Source: Parasitella parasitica NRRL 2501 (lineage: Eukaryota > Fungi > Mucoromycota). From it: DNA of 64,000 nt. The translations under genes and the position numbers were made by a program. Below, in pieces: positions 37,164 through 51,147 of this stretch; position 1 is the stretch's first letter, and every line of letters begins with the position of its first letter. The notes under the pieces are model-generated. The model was not told the DNA's origin. It was given only the letters and a program-made list of their open reading frames with translations, and ran no database searches. The DNA lies in NCBI GenBank assembly GCA_025201805.1, contig MU619298.1, positions 16,647 through 80,646 on the forward strand, read 5' to 3'.

Positions 37164-38140
37164 ATGTCCACACCTACACAAGCTGATAACACTACTGTAA
37201 ATGCCGCTGCTCCAAATGATAGACGACCTGTACCGGTCAAGCTCGTTTTGCTAGGTATAAAATTCACATTTAAACCTTGAATCATGTTTAATTCATGTAT
37301 AAAATATACAAAGGCGAATCTGCCGTTGGAAAGTCTAGTCTAGTGGTTCGTTTTGTAAATCGTGAATATGCAGAAAACAGAGAACCTACTATCGGTGGTA
37401 AGTGCTTTAGGCAAGCATTATGAATTCAAACAACTGAATCATAATTTCTCCAGCCGCCTTCTTGACACAAAAGTGTACAGTCGACGATCGAACTGTGAAG
37501 TATGAGATTTGGGACACTGCAGGACAAGAGAGATTCCATTCTTTAGCGCCCATGTATTACAGAAACGCTCAAGCAGCTATTGTCATGTACGATATTACAA
37601 AATCGGTAGGTATAATCTGTGTGTTGTTGTTCAACGATGTATGCTAAAATCTTTATCTTTGCATAGTCTACCTTAGATAAAGCAAAAGGCTGGGTCAAGG
37701 AGTTACAGCGCCAAGCAAATTCACAAATTGTAATTGCCTTAGTTGGTAATAAGCTTGATTTAGTAGAGGAGAACCGCAGCGAACAGAATGAAGATACTGA
37801 TGAGCAAGATGAAAATGGTACAAGTAGACAGGTTACATTTGAAGAGGCATCTGCTTATGCGTCTGAGGCTGGTCTCTTGTTTTTTGAAACCAGTGCCAGA
37901 ACAGCAGCAAATGTAGACGAAGTTTTCAGAGAGATTGGTGAGTTTTGTTGCTAATGTTTAACATGCCCATATGATTAATATGTATATATGGAACATCTAG
38001 CCAAAAATATCCCTCACGATTACCTTGCAAACAATAGAAATGGATCACGAGTTGCTGGAAGAAATGGCAATGATGCAAGACTCGACCTTTTACGCGAAGC
38101 TGGTACTAATGGACAAGGTTCTAGCGGATGTGCTTGCTAA
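37164..38140 (+). CDS. Rab5-family GTPase (Vps21/Ypt5-like)
   Basis: [48 protein letters not shown] and FETSA motifs, with a C-terminal CAC prenylation site. Four introns. Confidence 0.93.
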
Positions 38141-39244
38141 GCATTAACATCGTTTATCCCCTTATTTTTCATGTAGCATATATAAATTTTTTTTTCCTTT
38201 AAAATTAAAAAAAAAAAAAGTTGGGTGGATGGTATGTAAGAGAAACCAGGAGTTGTGCTTTTAAGTATATCATTAATATCAAATTATAAGAGCTCGTCCA
38301 TTGTAGTCAATGCATATCGAATGACTTTTGTGGATGTTAGTGTATATTATGCATGTATTTTTAGCAATATAATATGATACGCATACGAGATAGAAAAAGA
38401 GATAGAGAGAGACTGAAAGAGGGTTCACGGGTTCAATTTGCATGAGAAATCGAATTTTGTACAATGCAGGCATCTAGTATCTTGTATAAAAGAGTCAATT
38501 GGTAAGGGCTGACCTCACTTCAAGAGCTGTATATATCTGCACACAATAATGAATTTCCTTATGATGATTGTAATATACAAACGCACGTACAGTAGTTTGT
38601 ATACATGTACAACAAACATCATATTATATTTATGTGTTCTCCTATATTTTGACATTAAAAGGTTCAGTAATTTAAATGTCAACCAACAAAAGGTTAGACA
38701 CGTTTTTCAAGCATGTACATTAATACAGATCTATATCATTGTAACTCATTGTATGATGAGTGCAAGTGTTTCATATTTTGGTATATTGCACACGTCTCGT
38801 TGTAACCTACATTGCATGCACTTAATTTCCATTTTCATAAAGACGCCCATACGATACATCTAGCAGTGATATATCAACATTGCTGCTGCTGGTGGTACTA
38901 CTATCGCTGCTGTTGTTATCACTGCCACTACTAGTACTATTACTATTAAAATTATTATTAATGATATATTACAAGTTAGACGAGGGTAAAATCCCAAAAA
39001 AAGACTCTAGGAGAGATCGAAAAGCGAGAGAGGGGGGAGGGGAGAGGGGGGAGGGGAAGGGATAATAGTGACCATAAACAACGTTTCAGCATAAAAGGGA
39101 GATCAAACTGTATAATGTAAACATTGACATGACATATAAATAACATGTCGAGTCAATTCCATTAGTCTTGATTTTTCTTTTTTTCTTTCCATAATTCTTC
39201 AAAAAAAAACCCCCCCCCCCTTCCCTTCTTTATTTTTTCTTGTT

Positions 39245-40671
39245 ATGACCAACAATAAACACATTGATACTATGCACTCTTATAACAACTCTGCTCTTAC
39301 TGCTGCCACAAAAAAATCTAACGCAGCCAACTCAAATGGTGGTGATACAAACACAATGACTCGAATGCATCCTTCAATGAAAAGGCCCAGAGCACCCATT
39401 GCGTGTTACCGCTGTCATCATAAAAAGGTACATTCAAATTCAAATATGCATGGATCAACTTACTAACGAATTACTAGGTTCGCTGTGATGGTGAGCATCC
39501 AAACTGCACCCGCTGTTTATCGACGGGTGTGCTGTGTGCCTATCCTAGCTCTCGCCGGTCGCGCAACACGCAGCCAACCAATGTAGATCCATTCATTGAC
39601 AATCTGTCTCAATTGGAAGCAAGGATCAGAAGAATCGAAACTGACCTTGAGTCGCAGCGTACTCTTGTGCGCACTGTCTGTGCCAGCGACAGCTCTTTGG
39701 TAGATGCCGCTACGCAGAAAAACAACAACAACGCACTCACATCTCGCATGCTTAAAACGGAAAAAGACCTTCAGGAATCCCGTTCTATCGTTGCTCAGTT
39801 GAGACTTCGAGGTGAGCAAAGAGCTGCACGAGGAAGAAGAGCAGCAGCAGCAGCAGCAGCAGCCGCTGCCTCCGTTGCATCCTCAACGCCCGGTCCTGAC
39901 AAGAATGCTGCTACTAGTGGATCTGGGAAATTGCAAAAGGCCAATGAAGCCGTCAATGGTACCGGCTGCAAGCAAAGAGCTAACCACAGCAAATTGAAAT
40001 TGAATCATGTGAAAAAGGAGAAGCTTTATACGCCTACGTCTCTGACAAACGCTACAAATGTAGCAGCAATGAATAACATCAACTACACAACGGCCATTAC
40101 TTCTCCACCGTTTTATTTCACCTCTGAAACAACATCACCCACTGATTTCATCAACCCATCACCTACGTATTACTTTCCTTCTTACACAACTGACCTGACC
40201 ACTCCTATTTGCTCTACTGGTTCGACTCATCAGCAAGCGCAACATTTCAATTTTCAGGATTGGCCACTTTTGGGTGATTTGCCGCAAACATCTGCCGCCA
40301 CTGGTGGGACCTCCTCAGTCAATGATTTTGTTGATCCCATGATCATCGCAGCAGCTGAAGCTCACCATAGTGTCATAGTTCCACCTCTTTTAAGCATATC
40401 GAATTTTATGGTGGATGAAGAGACCTCAATCATGGCAGCAAGAGCACGGTCCCTATCACATTTACCTACTACCACAACGACGACTACGGATACCAACATG
40501 TTGATTCCAGGACTGCAGCCGTCTTCCTCATCCACTTCTACTTCTTCGAATTCGTCTTTTGGATATTCAAGCCAATCATTGTACGAAAATTATAGCCAGT
40601 TCATGGATCAAAATGACATGATGATGATTGATGGTGTTGGCGGCACAGCACAAACAGTTGGTTTGAGATAA
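39245..40671 (+). CDS. Zn(II)2Cys6 transcription factor
   Basis: ACYRCHHKK|VRCDGEHPNCTRCLSTGVLCAY, split by an intron at ~39428-39477. A coiled coil and a low-complexity tail follow. Confidence 0.9.
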
Positions 40672-40977
40672 CACTTTCATATTTATCATTCTTTTCATGA
40701 ATATTATATATATATATATATCTAGCATTATCTGATCCCTATATCATTTGACTCTTATCTGTTCCCGTTCCTTATTTACAAATATCTGAGATACATCCAT
40801 CTATCCTATACCTATCTATATAACTGTCCTTATTTCATTTCTAAATAAAAATAATTGTTAGCATATACGAATGTATATGTTTAATAAACATCTCGGTAAA
40901 ATTCATCATTAAAAAGCAGTTTTATTTAAAATGTAAAACGATGAGGAGTATGATAAAACAAAGAGCCGAAGTTTTAT

Positions 40978-42682
40978 CTATTCTTCTTCGAGTCTACGCA
41001 CTATGTGCCACATCAAGTCTTTGTTTGTCCAGTACGAGAAATGAGCAGTAAGCCCACTAAAGTACTCGTTCTTTGGTATAAAGCCCATAAACAGCTCTGG
41101 CTTCAGAACGTAGTCAACTCTGTCTCTTTTTCTGGGCTTCAGCAAGGTGAGCGTCTCTTTGATTTCAACTTTGCTTGACCTCGTAATGGTAGTGTTTAAA
41201 ACAAAAAGATCGGCACTTCTTCTTCTCCTTTTAGTACTAGACACTTGCTCTTCTTCTATGATCAAGGAGGATCGCTTCTTTTGAGTATAGTCGCTTGTGA
41301 TCGTCACCGTCTCCGTTTTTGTGTACACAAAGTGGCCTGATTCTCGAATAGTGATGGGTGTTGTCAAAGGGGTTGAGTAGCTGTCACTATCATCTTCCTT
41401 GTCGTCATCGTCTGTACCGCAGTCTATAGAAAGTTTTGGTGTTGAGGTGGTAGAAGATTGAGCGGCTGGTTCCTGCATGCATGCATCCTGTTCTTGTTGC
41501 TGTTGCTGCTTCTGCTGTCGTTGTTCAGGGGAAAGGGGGTATGTGATAGCATTGGTGGCAATGGAAAAGTAACGTTTCACGGATGAAATCAAGCCGCTAC
41601 CCAAAAGTGAATTCGACGCTGCCCTGTTGCTGCTCTCGTCTATCATGATAGCGGTTGTGTGTTTATGATCTGGATCCAGCATGGGTTCAAAGCGATATGC
41701 GAGTGGGTCATATGGATGGAATATGTTTTCAAATATAATGCTTGGGTCAGGATGGTATACTCTTGGATCTTGGTTTCTGACAGTTAAAAACGCACTCAAG
41801 GGGCTTCCAAGGTTGAATAAGTAATCAGGTTTAAAGTCCAAGGTTGGGAAATCGAATTCAAGCTTGGAGTGTCGCTGCGTCTCTTTTTTGGTGATATCAG
41901 ATCTTGGTTGGTTTGATAAAATATCCCACGTAATAACGCCACCAAGACTATACGGCAGATTGCCAAATACACAGGTTAATACACCTGGAATCCATATAAA
42001 TAAAACGGCCTAACTTACGAATATGCCAAAATAACAATCTTGCCTTTAAATCCTGGGTTGGCTTTCATAAAATTAAAATACTCTGTATTGAAAGTGTTGG
42101 TAACATGATTGATAATGCTTTGTCCTCTTTCTTTGGAAAAGTAGAAAAAAGCATCTGACAGATAGTCATTGTTGACCATGCGCATGGATGGAATAGACCT
42201 CAACGTGATGTCGTTCATGGCCACGTCGGTTTCCTGGTGGATGTGTTTATGCCATTCGATTGGGATGTATTGAACGTTGATTTGCTGATCTGGGCTATTT
42301 TCTTCTACCACAATGTTTGTCGTATCAAATAAGCTTTGTACTAAATCGTATTCAAAATTCGTAAGTATAATCTAGATGGCTATGCAAACTAAACTTACAA
42401 TGGCTTTGAAAAAATCCAAACTTTTCTGTTTGCTATATGGTAATGTAGAATGCATTTAGATGTTTATGTTCAGCGACGATACTTTAATTCTGCTCATTAC
42501 CTGACCGATACCCTATGTACAAGCGAAAAAAAAAGGGTTGTTAATAGCTGATTTACAATAGACAAAGCAGTAGCATTGCAACTTACATGGATTACAAATG
42601 CTACGTGATCTACTGGACCGTTCACTTCTGGAGAGGCTAATTTTTGAGATGGGGTGTTTGTTTTTGCAGTTGCTGTCGACAT
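40978..42682 (-). CDS. DDHD-domain phospholipase A1-like protein
   Basis: DHVAFVIH|GIGQ, YIPIEWH, ITLRSIP, AYS|LGG (nucleophile), LFNLGSPL, NIFHPYDPLAYRFEP, RVDYVL and AHFSYW. Confidence 0.88.
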
Positions 42683-43585
42683 ATTAAGCAGTTTGCGGGA
42701 TAAAAAATGGTAGTTGAACTGGAACATCATGGCGAGAACAAGGAAGATGAAGAAAACGAAAAGAACAACAACAATCTTTTATTTATATAGCGTACAGAAT
42801 CCTATCCCTTGATTGCTTCAGATGCTCACCACCTTGCTTTTTTTTCGTATTTCTGTTTTAATACACTTATCTCCCTAATTGGATACGTTGGTCTTATTTG
42901 CATACATTGGTCTTATGGTTAAAAATTCATATAATCTATACATGAGAGAGGGGGATCTCCAATCAGACGCTATAGTTGCTGTTGAAAGAGCAGGTCGGAG
43001 TACCCCGGGTTCATCAACCACATCGTGGTAATCCATGAGTTGCAATAATGAAAAAGATGGCAAGGTGCAGCCATGCTGACTATAGGGGAGTTTTTCTTTG
43101 GCAATGGCCAATGTGCTTTCTCTGCCTATCAGTCTGATAAGTGTGTATCAACTTGAATAAACATAAAATTTGACATGTGAAATGATGAATATCGACGCCG
43201 CTCATTAAATTCGTGGGAAAATGAACACCTTTTTACAACTCTGCGCGATTTTACATTTACAGGCCACACTATCATTTAATCATAGGCGATACATGGAATA
43301 TTCGGGGATGAGCCAACTAGTATTTCAAGTCTAATTTTTTTTAGCATGATTGCGATACAGCCTATTGATCTAAGCGATGATGTATTATATCGTGCTGGGA
43401 CTGAGTTCGTTGGCACCCTACACTGCCCGAGCAGTAGGCCACATAATACGGAACTAAATATCCATCACCCCGCATTTTATGCGAAAAACATTTAAATTGC
43501 ATAGATCTCTCCTTTTTCCGCACTTTTTCTTCTTCTTTTGTCATCTATTCATATACTCGACACTATACAAAACATACATACAAAA

Positions 43586-44990
43586 ATGGGTTCTGACACA
43601 TTTGACGCAATCAAAGTTGGCACTGGCGAAGACCTGGTTACCTTGACACGTTGGGTTATTGCTCAACAACAAGTAAGTTCTCCCTATTTGTTATTTTGGT
43701 GAGATGGCCGACTTAATCTGTTTGCAAAAAAAAAAAGGAAGCCCCTGAAGCAACTGGCGATCTTACCTTGCTTTTAACAGCTATTCAGTTTGGCTGCAAG
43801 TTTGTCGCCTCCAAGGTCAAGCAAGCTGGTTTGGTTAATCTGTAAGTTGAATTATGTTTGTTGTTAGTCTGGGCTGCATTGAAACTCATTACATTTTTTA
43901 GTTTGGGCTTAACTGGTACCGCTAATGTCCAAGGCGAGGATGTCAAAAAGCTCGATGTTCTTGCCAATGACATCTTCCGTAATTCCTTGATTGCTTCAGG
44001 TAAGGCCTGTTTATTAGTGTCTGAGGAGGACGAAAACGCCATGATCATCGAGAATCCTGATCAACGCGGCAAATACGTTGTTACCTTCGATCCATTGGAT
44101 GGCTCCTCCAATATTGACTGTGGTGTCTCTATTGGTACAATCTTTGGTATTTTCAAAGTGGTAATTGAAAAAGAGAAAATATACATGACCATATATGACA
44201 TTAATAATACGATATAGAAAGACGAAGGCAACCCCAACATCAGCGACTGCATCCGTAGTGGCCGTGAACTGATTGCTGCAGGCTACTGCATGTATGGTTC
44301 TTATTGCGAAATGATCTTGGTAAGTTTGCCCATGTATATATATATTCTTGTACATGGTGCTGATTTTTAATGGGCAGTCTGTTGGTAATGGCGTCAATGG
44401 CTTCACTCTGGATCCTTCTATCGGTGAATTCATCATGACACATCCCAAGGTAAGCATTGGAGAACACGCTTTCTTTCTCTCTTATTTCTCGGGTTGTTTC
44501 GGGCAGGATTGGCGTACTCAAATATTTTATCAATTAGATTACGTTGCCTCCTCGCGGTAAGATTTATTCTATCAACGAAGGTAACTACAAATACTTTGAC
44601 GAGCCCAGCAAAAAATATGTCGACCAAGTCAAGCAAAAGTACAGTGCTCGTTATGTTGGCTCCATGGTGTCCGATATTCACCGAACTTTGTTGTATGGTA
44701 AGTTACACCACAAAAGTGCATGAGAAAGCACAATCTAATCCCTGGTTTTTATTTAAAATAAAGGTGGCATTTTTGGCTACCCTGCTGACTCAAAATCAAA
44801 GAAAGGAAAGCTTAGAATCCTATATGAAGTATTCCCCATGGCATATTTGATCGAACAAGCTGGTGGTAAGGCAACAACCGGCACCATGAATTGCTTGGAT
44901 TTAGTTCCTGAGCATATTCATGATCGTTCTGGTATTTGGCTCGGTTCCAAGGAGGATGTTGAAGATTTGGAAGCCTGCTATAAAGCCTAA
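43586..44990 (+). CDS. FBP1: Fructose-1,6-bisphosphatase
   Basis: [40 protein letters not shown] and GKLRILYE motifs. About seven short introns. Confidence 0.96.
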
Positions 44991-46069
44991 AACTTTATTT
45001 GTATAATATAAAATCAGTGATTTTGGTATTTTCATGTCATATTCTATTTGTGTGTTTTTATCGCGAATACGCGATATATCCGCTGCGTTCTGGTTTGATA
45101 TGTACATCTCAGTTTTTAAATCCTGTTGGCTTCAAGGTGGAAATGCCCTGAGCCCCCCCCCCCCTTTGTTTTATCAGCGATTATAATATTACAAAAAAAA
45201 GGGATAAATGTACTTGCGCAACTCCACACTCATCGAAATGGCAAGGCGGTTGTCACAGTAAGTCGGAGCATACCAGGACTTCTATAGTAGAGTGTTGTGG
45301 TAATCGTGATCTGTATTCAAACAATACCGTATGAAAAAAGAGGGACCTTAATTACATTTCTATGACGAAAGATCTTCTTCAGGTCCAAAACGTTGGTTTC
45401 AAAAGCTACGCTCTTTTTTTTCAGCTTCAGTTTTGCACATCATTAGATAAGTCTTACAAGTTTCGGTTTAGGGCGCTAAAAGCAAAGCCTATTAACATAT
45501 GGTTGGCCAATGGGGTGGAGAGTGCTTTTATCCTTGATATCATAATTATTATTCTGGTAACAAAGAAATTACAAGTATTACCTCAATAATTCTCTTACCA
45601 TAGGTAATAAATAGAGAAATGATATATTGCTGATGATGTCTCCTGATTTCTATTAGCCTTTTTTATGACACACTCATCATTCTTTAAATCAAATGACTCG
45701 TCTTTAAGCTGCTTTTTGCTATATTAGAAAATACACGTTTGGTTTTATAAATTAGATGATTTTAATTACATTTACAAGAGACAGTGAGTGTTGCGACAGA
45801 TTACTTGGCAGTTGTCGTTGTTTGGAAATTTTATAAATACTTAACTCAATAGTTTTTGAAAAATGCTTTAGTATCTTCATCTACCATTCATTTTTTGATA
45901 TATTGACAGGCATGATGCCCTCAAATGATATAGTAAAAGCCAATCAACTTTATATTTCTCACTTACAAACTACTGCATCAATTAGGATGTGTCAATTTCT
46001 CAACCGGAAGTCAAACCCAAGTAAACTCAATCCTGAAAAATATCCCAATGGATCATTTTCCTTATTTAC

Positions 46070-46260
46070 AGCTCAACATGAAATGTTCATGGACAATAGA
46101 TACAATCTATCCATCCACTCTCTAAATCACACCATGTATCACAATCATATCTTCTCCTCCCATAAGTTCACTTAGATTAACTAGTATATAAATCATTTCT
46201 CCATGTAATAAACGAGATCTTTATCTAATTATTTCACAGCCGTTTTATTGAATAATATAT
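46070..46260 (+). repeat. Diverged copy of part of the 19240-19420 repeat
   Basis: Shared blocks ATGTTCATG(A/G)ACAATAGATACAATCTATC, CACTTAGATT..TATATAAA and GAGATCTT..ATCT. Confidence 0.7.
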
Positions 46261-47376
46261 CTTAGTCTGATCTCTCACTATCGTTTGAGCTCTCTTAATT
46301 TTTAAGCGTTGAAAGTCTTTTGATAGACTAATCGCCCAATCGACACCAACTTATGCTCATATAACGATGATCATGCCTGATTTGATGGCGCATAAGACAG
46401 GCTTTGATTTAGCTATATTATCTATTCTTTATAAAGAATCGCAAAGCAGAATGTACGTTAGTGAATATGCCGAATTGGCGACTTTGTTTGTTGAACTGGT
46501 ATTGCTTCTCTCAATGGACGGAATTAATGATTGGGGTTTTTTTTTAGTACTTGCCGCGCTATTTGTATGAATAAAAGTATCTCTTCCAAGACATGAAAGT
46601 TTATTTCAGGTTTCTCAACGAAAAATCATTATTTTTTGATGAAACAAGAACTAGCCAAATCAGAAACTGTTTCGGAGTTTGAAAATCGGAAAAACCAATA
46701 TAAACTCCGACAATTTTTTATTTATGCTACTTAACATGGTGGGACGGAAGCTTGTAAGTAATAAATTGACAAACAATGTGTTAACCAACTGTAGAAAACC
46801 AATGAAAACAATTAAAGTGATATAGTATATCTGGTAATAATTTTTTGAGATCTTCGAAAAGTCCAGGTTGCTGTATCCATAGAATACCATGGCTTTCACT
46901 ATTTCAACCCTGTGTTCCTGACTGGATCTAAGGTTAAATTTCATTGATTAATCTATCTAGTAACTAGAAGTAATCAAAAAAAATATCTTGTATGAGAAAC
47001 CATTTATTTGGGTTCTACTTATTCTAAATTGCGAAGCTCAACTTATCGATAAATGATTTACATTTTTATAACGATTAGCTGATTAGATATAGAAATAGGT
47101 CTTGCTCTGATTACTACTATGTTATAATATCTTGTTTGACAATTGAATGTCAAGCATGAACTGATTGTATTCTATAGAATGATTCTGATAGATTTATTCT
47201 AATTCAAATAGGCAGATTCTTGTCAATCAATAAACCAATAGTTTTGTATTTGGTAAATTAGGCCTTTATGATTTTCTTATATTTTTCATATCGTATACAA
47301 TCATCTGCTGCGCTAAATTTCAAGACCTGGCACAATGCATGTTACTTTATTAATGACTCAACTTTGCGCTCTGGTA

Positions 47377-47485
47377 TTTATACTTTTTACAACTACATAA
47401 ACTTTTGGTATCTTATTTAGAATACTAAATTGACAATATTAATTTGCAACTAACATTATCCTTGACAGGGTACGATGTATTATTA
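47377..47485 (+). repeat. Diverged copy of the 317-424 repeat segment
   Basis: Shared ATTTATACTTTTTACAACTACATAAA...CTTATTTAG...CTTGACAGGGTACGAT. Confidence 0.75.
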
Positions 47486-47884
47486 CACTACGGAGCTATT
47501 CATCTTTGTTCTGACAGTGCCCCTTCTTAGTGTTTGTCAATTACACAGACCTGTCTTAGAGTCTATTCCAAATTGATTAGACTCAGTTTTGAGAAAATGA
47601 GATCATCAGACGTGGTGAATAAAAATAGATGTAGGATAAAAATGAGCATTGTGCAATAAAGTTGAGATCATTTTTCCAAAAAAAAGGGGGGGGGGGTTTC
47701 AGTGTTAATCAAAAGACTTTTTATAAAAATTGCTAATTCGTTTGAAAAATTTAAAGAAACTTCCAAATTTTACTTCAAGCGACTTTGTTTCTCTGGTTGG
47801 GAAGAGGAACTTGTTGACATACTTTTCAAAAATCTTATCTTCAGCGGTGGGCACAGATTATGTAATTAAATTTCGTGAAATAAC

Positions 47885-48240
47885 TTCACTATAATGATCT
47901 GCATTCCACTTGTTGATTTATCCAGTTACCCTAAACTAGTCTAGTCAAAAAATGTGCGCAGTTACCATGATGTACAATATAGATTTATACATATATTTCG
48001 ACATGTCTATAGCATGCCATTAGCATACCTATAGTATTACACATATAGTACAAATCTGTAGTACATAGTGTATCTGTAGCTAGTATCATGTTACAAGTAT
48101 ATGCTTGCAGTGCGTATCTGGAAACTGGGAATACACACCTGAAGCATAGATCTTACATGGCATAAGCTCGTAGCACATATTAAATCTAGTAAATGTCCAA
48201 GGCTCGTGTCGAGATATAAGTATAGGTCTATAGCGTCACC
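47885..48240. repeat. Rearranged copy of the 19435-19830 repeat (direct segment followed by an inverted segment)
   Basis: 47888-47990 matches 19435-19540 in direct orientation. 48001-48238 is the reverse complement of ~19580-19828 (for example GTGCGTATCTGGAAACTGGGAATACAC versus GTGTATTCCCAGTTTCCAGATACGCAC). Confidence 0.8.
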
Positions 48241-48999
48241 ATTCTAACATAGATATTACAAGTTAGTAATACCGACCATCATATCTCAAAAATAGGATCA
48301 CATCGATCAATATAGCACCCAAACTATACCGCATTACTTCATTGGAGCCCTTTGACCTATCACAAGTGCAATCGTTCGCAGATACTTTTAGTTTTTAGCT
48401 TTGCTTTTTGTTCCTGTAATCTAATACGGGTGTTCTTTTTAGGTTTAAATTACAGAATTCATTTCAATTAAATAACAATATGGCAATAAAAGGTACCATT
48501 TCATTCTAAGCTGGTTGAATAAAGATGAGACTTGCTCTGACTAATGCTACCATTCAAATAGACAACTTCTTATCAAGCATTATTAAAACCTTTCAGTCTT
48601 AGTTCAAGGCATTTGTCTTGCGCTTTTGAAACAAAATCTTTAGTTAAAGAGAATGTAATAATTTGTAAATGGTCTAATCGACTTTAGCAACAACCTCGAT
48701 GCTTTACGGTGAGGATATGGCCAACTTCTAATAATTTTATTTATTGTGTGGTATTACCGAAGAATAAATTCGAAATCTTCAATATAGTACCATTTGTCTG
48801 CTCTTCATATGGTACAGGATACAATTATTTCGTTAATAGATATCTTAGGTTTTAACTTTATAAATTACATGTTGTTCATTTAGGACGAAAGTAGTAACTA
48901 ACTGTTTCAGAGCAGAAGAATGCCGACAAGAAGTTGATTATAGATATTCGATACTTCTCCCGTAAAGATACTTTTTTATCTCAAAGCGAAGAGAACGCT

Positions 49000-49440
49000 A
49001 CATGACAACCAAGAAGTTTCTGAAGACGCAATCGGAAAGCCGAAAAGTTCAAACGGAAATCTGAATGATTTAGGAATCCTTCTCTAGTAGCTCAACCAGC
49101 AGAAACAAAGTGGCCGGAGCACCCTCATCTAGTAACACCAACAGAGGGACACCATGATCTTTTGCTCTCGTAGCCATGTTCATAAAACTGGATTCTGCCA
49201 AGAAATAAATCTTGTCAACTGGGAAATACGTGAAAGATGAGTTATAGATGTTTGCCATTCAATACACACACGGCCATCCCAATAGACCTGTCATCATGTA
49301 TTGGAAGAACGGCAAACATTCCCTTTTGTCTTCAGAGATTGAGCTGCCTCAGTACGTTGCTACGTATGATGCGCCTTACAGTCATATATTTAATATTAAC
49401 AATCACAAGAAATATCAGCTAGTAGCCAATTTCCCCCGAC
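49000..49440 (+). pseudogene. Decayed fragment of an expanded fungal multicopy family (W.LSTGK.V.D.L..F..Q...HP)
   Basis: LDSAKK*ILSTGKYVKDEL*MFAIQYTHGHP with in-frame stops. The motif is recalled from expanded Mucoromycota nuclease-like families and is not verified. Confidence 0.35.
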
Positions 49441-49559
49441 TCTTTTCATTGATGTTCCTAAAAAGTTTGTTTTTGCAGAGAATCTCGTCTCATTACTAGG
49501 CTACGATAGCACTATATTATGATTTTCAAATGAGCAAGTTGATTTTGAAAGGATCATTT

Positions 49560-50872
49560 GACTAGACGCATGGCTAAAAGTTCTAGTATTACCATGAGTT
49601 ATCCAGATATAATCTGGTTGACCATATCAGACAATATATATGGCTTTTGCGATGCCGGCATGATTATTTCAGTAATCGAATGCGTAGGTTTTATTGGCAA
49701 ATATAAAGATAAGGGGGGTATACGGCGATGGACGATTAGAAGAATGCTGATTTTGAATTCAAGACACGATTCGAGTAATCACTGTTGATTTTTTCAATCT
49801 CTAAATGTTGATGTTGTTTATCTTTTCGAGACAGATCTATCAACCATGTTAAATCCTCGCGATAATCACCATCAGGTAACAGTTCGAGAGACTCGTTTTC
49901 GGTCTTCTCACGCATTTCTTGGACTGCAATCCTCATTTCCACTAATTGCAGCTATATTAATATGGAACAAAAGTAAACGCTAGTGCTTAAAACTTACTTT
50001 CCGTATCTGGGATTGTTAAATCTGATAATTGGCACGGTGTAACATTTAAGGCGTTTATTGCTAAAAATTACATGGGGTTAGTGAAATGTAAGCATACTCG
50101 AAAAATTTCAACTATACCAGCTGTCTTTTTGCCAGTGACTAAGGCCATATGCCTCTCCACACGATCGACAACACTAATATTATGTCATGAGGAGAAAATC
50201 CAAGAGTGGCTGTGGGTGATGTTTACTTACGCTGATGGTAGTCCAGTTTGGAGGACATTGGCAAGCATGAACTCCCAATTCAACTCTTTCTTTTGCTGGT
50301 CCGTATCTTTTTCCAGAGGATTTGCAATGTTATTTATAACCTGATCCAACAACTGAAGCGATAGATCCTTGATTAATTCTGTATCTTGATCCTCAATGAT
50401 ATTGGCTTCTATTTTATTATCGAAGGAAGGCTTGGAGGCTTTTACAAAGTCGATTAAATCGTTCTCGTTGGACTCATCCAATTCACTTTTCTCTGTCTTT
50501 AATGACCATATACCAGTCTTGTTGTTCAAAAGCGGATCCCACGCTGTGCGTTTAAAGTGTCGATGCTTTATAGCATTGACTTTTGCGACGGATTTTTCGT
50601 TTGTATTTGTGTAGATGTTTCTCTCTTTGATCTTTTTAGTACTTTTTTTTTGTTTTGTTAAAAATTAAAGAGTCAGTAAACCAAGTAAATTTGTGTGTTA
50701 AAAAAATGTCATACAGGACCGAATTCTGATATGTTTGCCTGTAGACTTTTGCAGGCCATTCGACTCTAGATTTTAGTTTCTTTTTCAGTAATAGAACATC
50801 GGCCTTCTGCTTGAAATGCGACTGATATTCGTCTTGAGCACTCTCAATACGGCGAGAAAGCCCTTTATCCAT
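49560..50872 (-). pseudogene. Degenerate multi-exon gene of unknown function
   Basis: Consecutive charged open segments (MDKGLSRRIES..., KHRHFKRTAWDPLL..., HNISVVDRVERHMALV, EMRIAVQEMREK...) are separated by GT..AG gaps and end in stops and frameshifts. Confidence 0.4.
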
Positions 50873-51147
50873 TGTTTGGGAGTGTGGATGAAAAATAAAA
50901 TCTTTGCTAGTGTTGCGGATAGGAGAAATCAATGTTGCACCCACCAATCGAACAGGCAGAGATGGAATAGATAAAAAAAAATTTTCCTGTAAATGATTTG
51001 ATTTCCTTTGATCAAACACAGCTGAGATTAAGATTGATTGATTATTATTTACAATACAAGATATACAATCATCCAAATTCTTCTTTTATAGCCATGGGCC
51101 TTGTTTGTTATCAGATTTCTTTTCTTTTTTATCTATATTATTTTATC

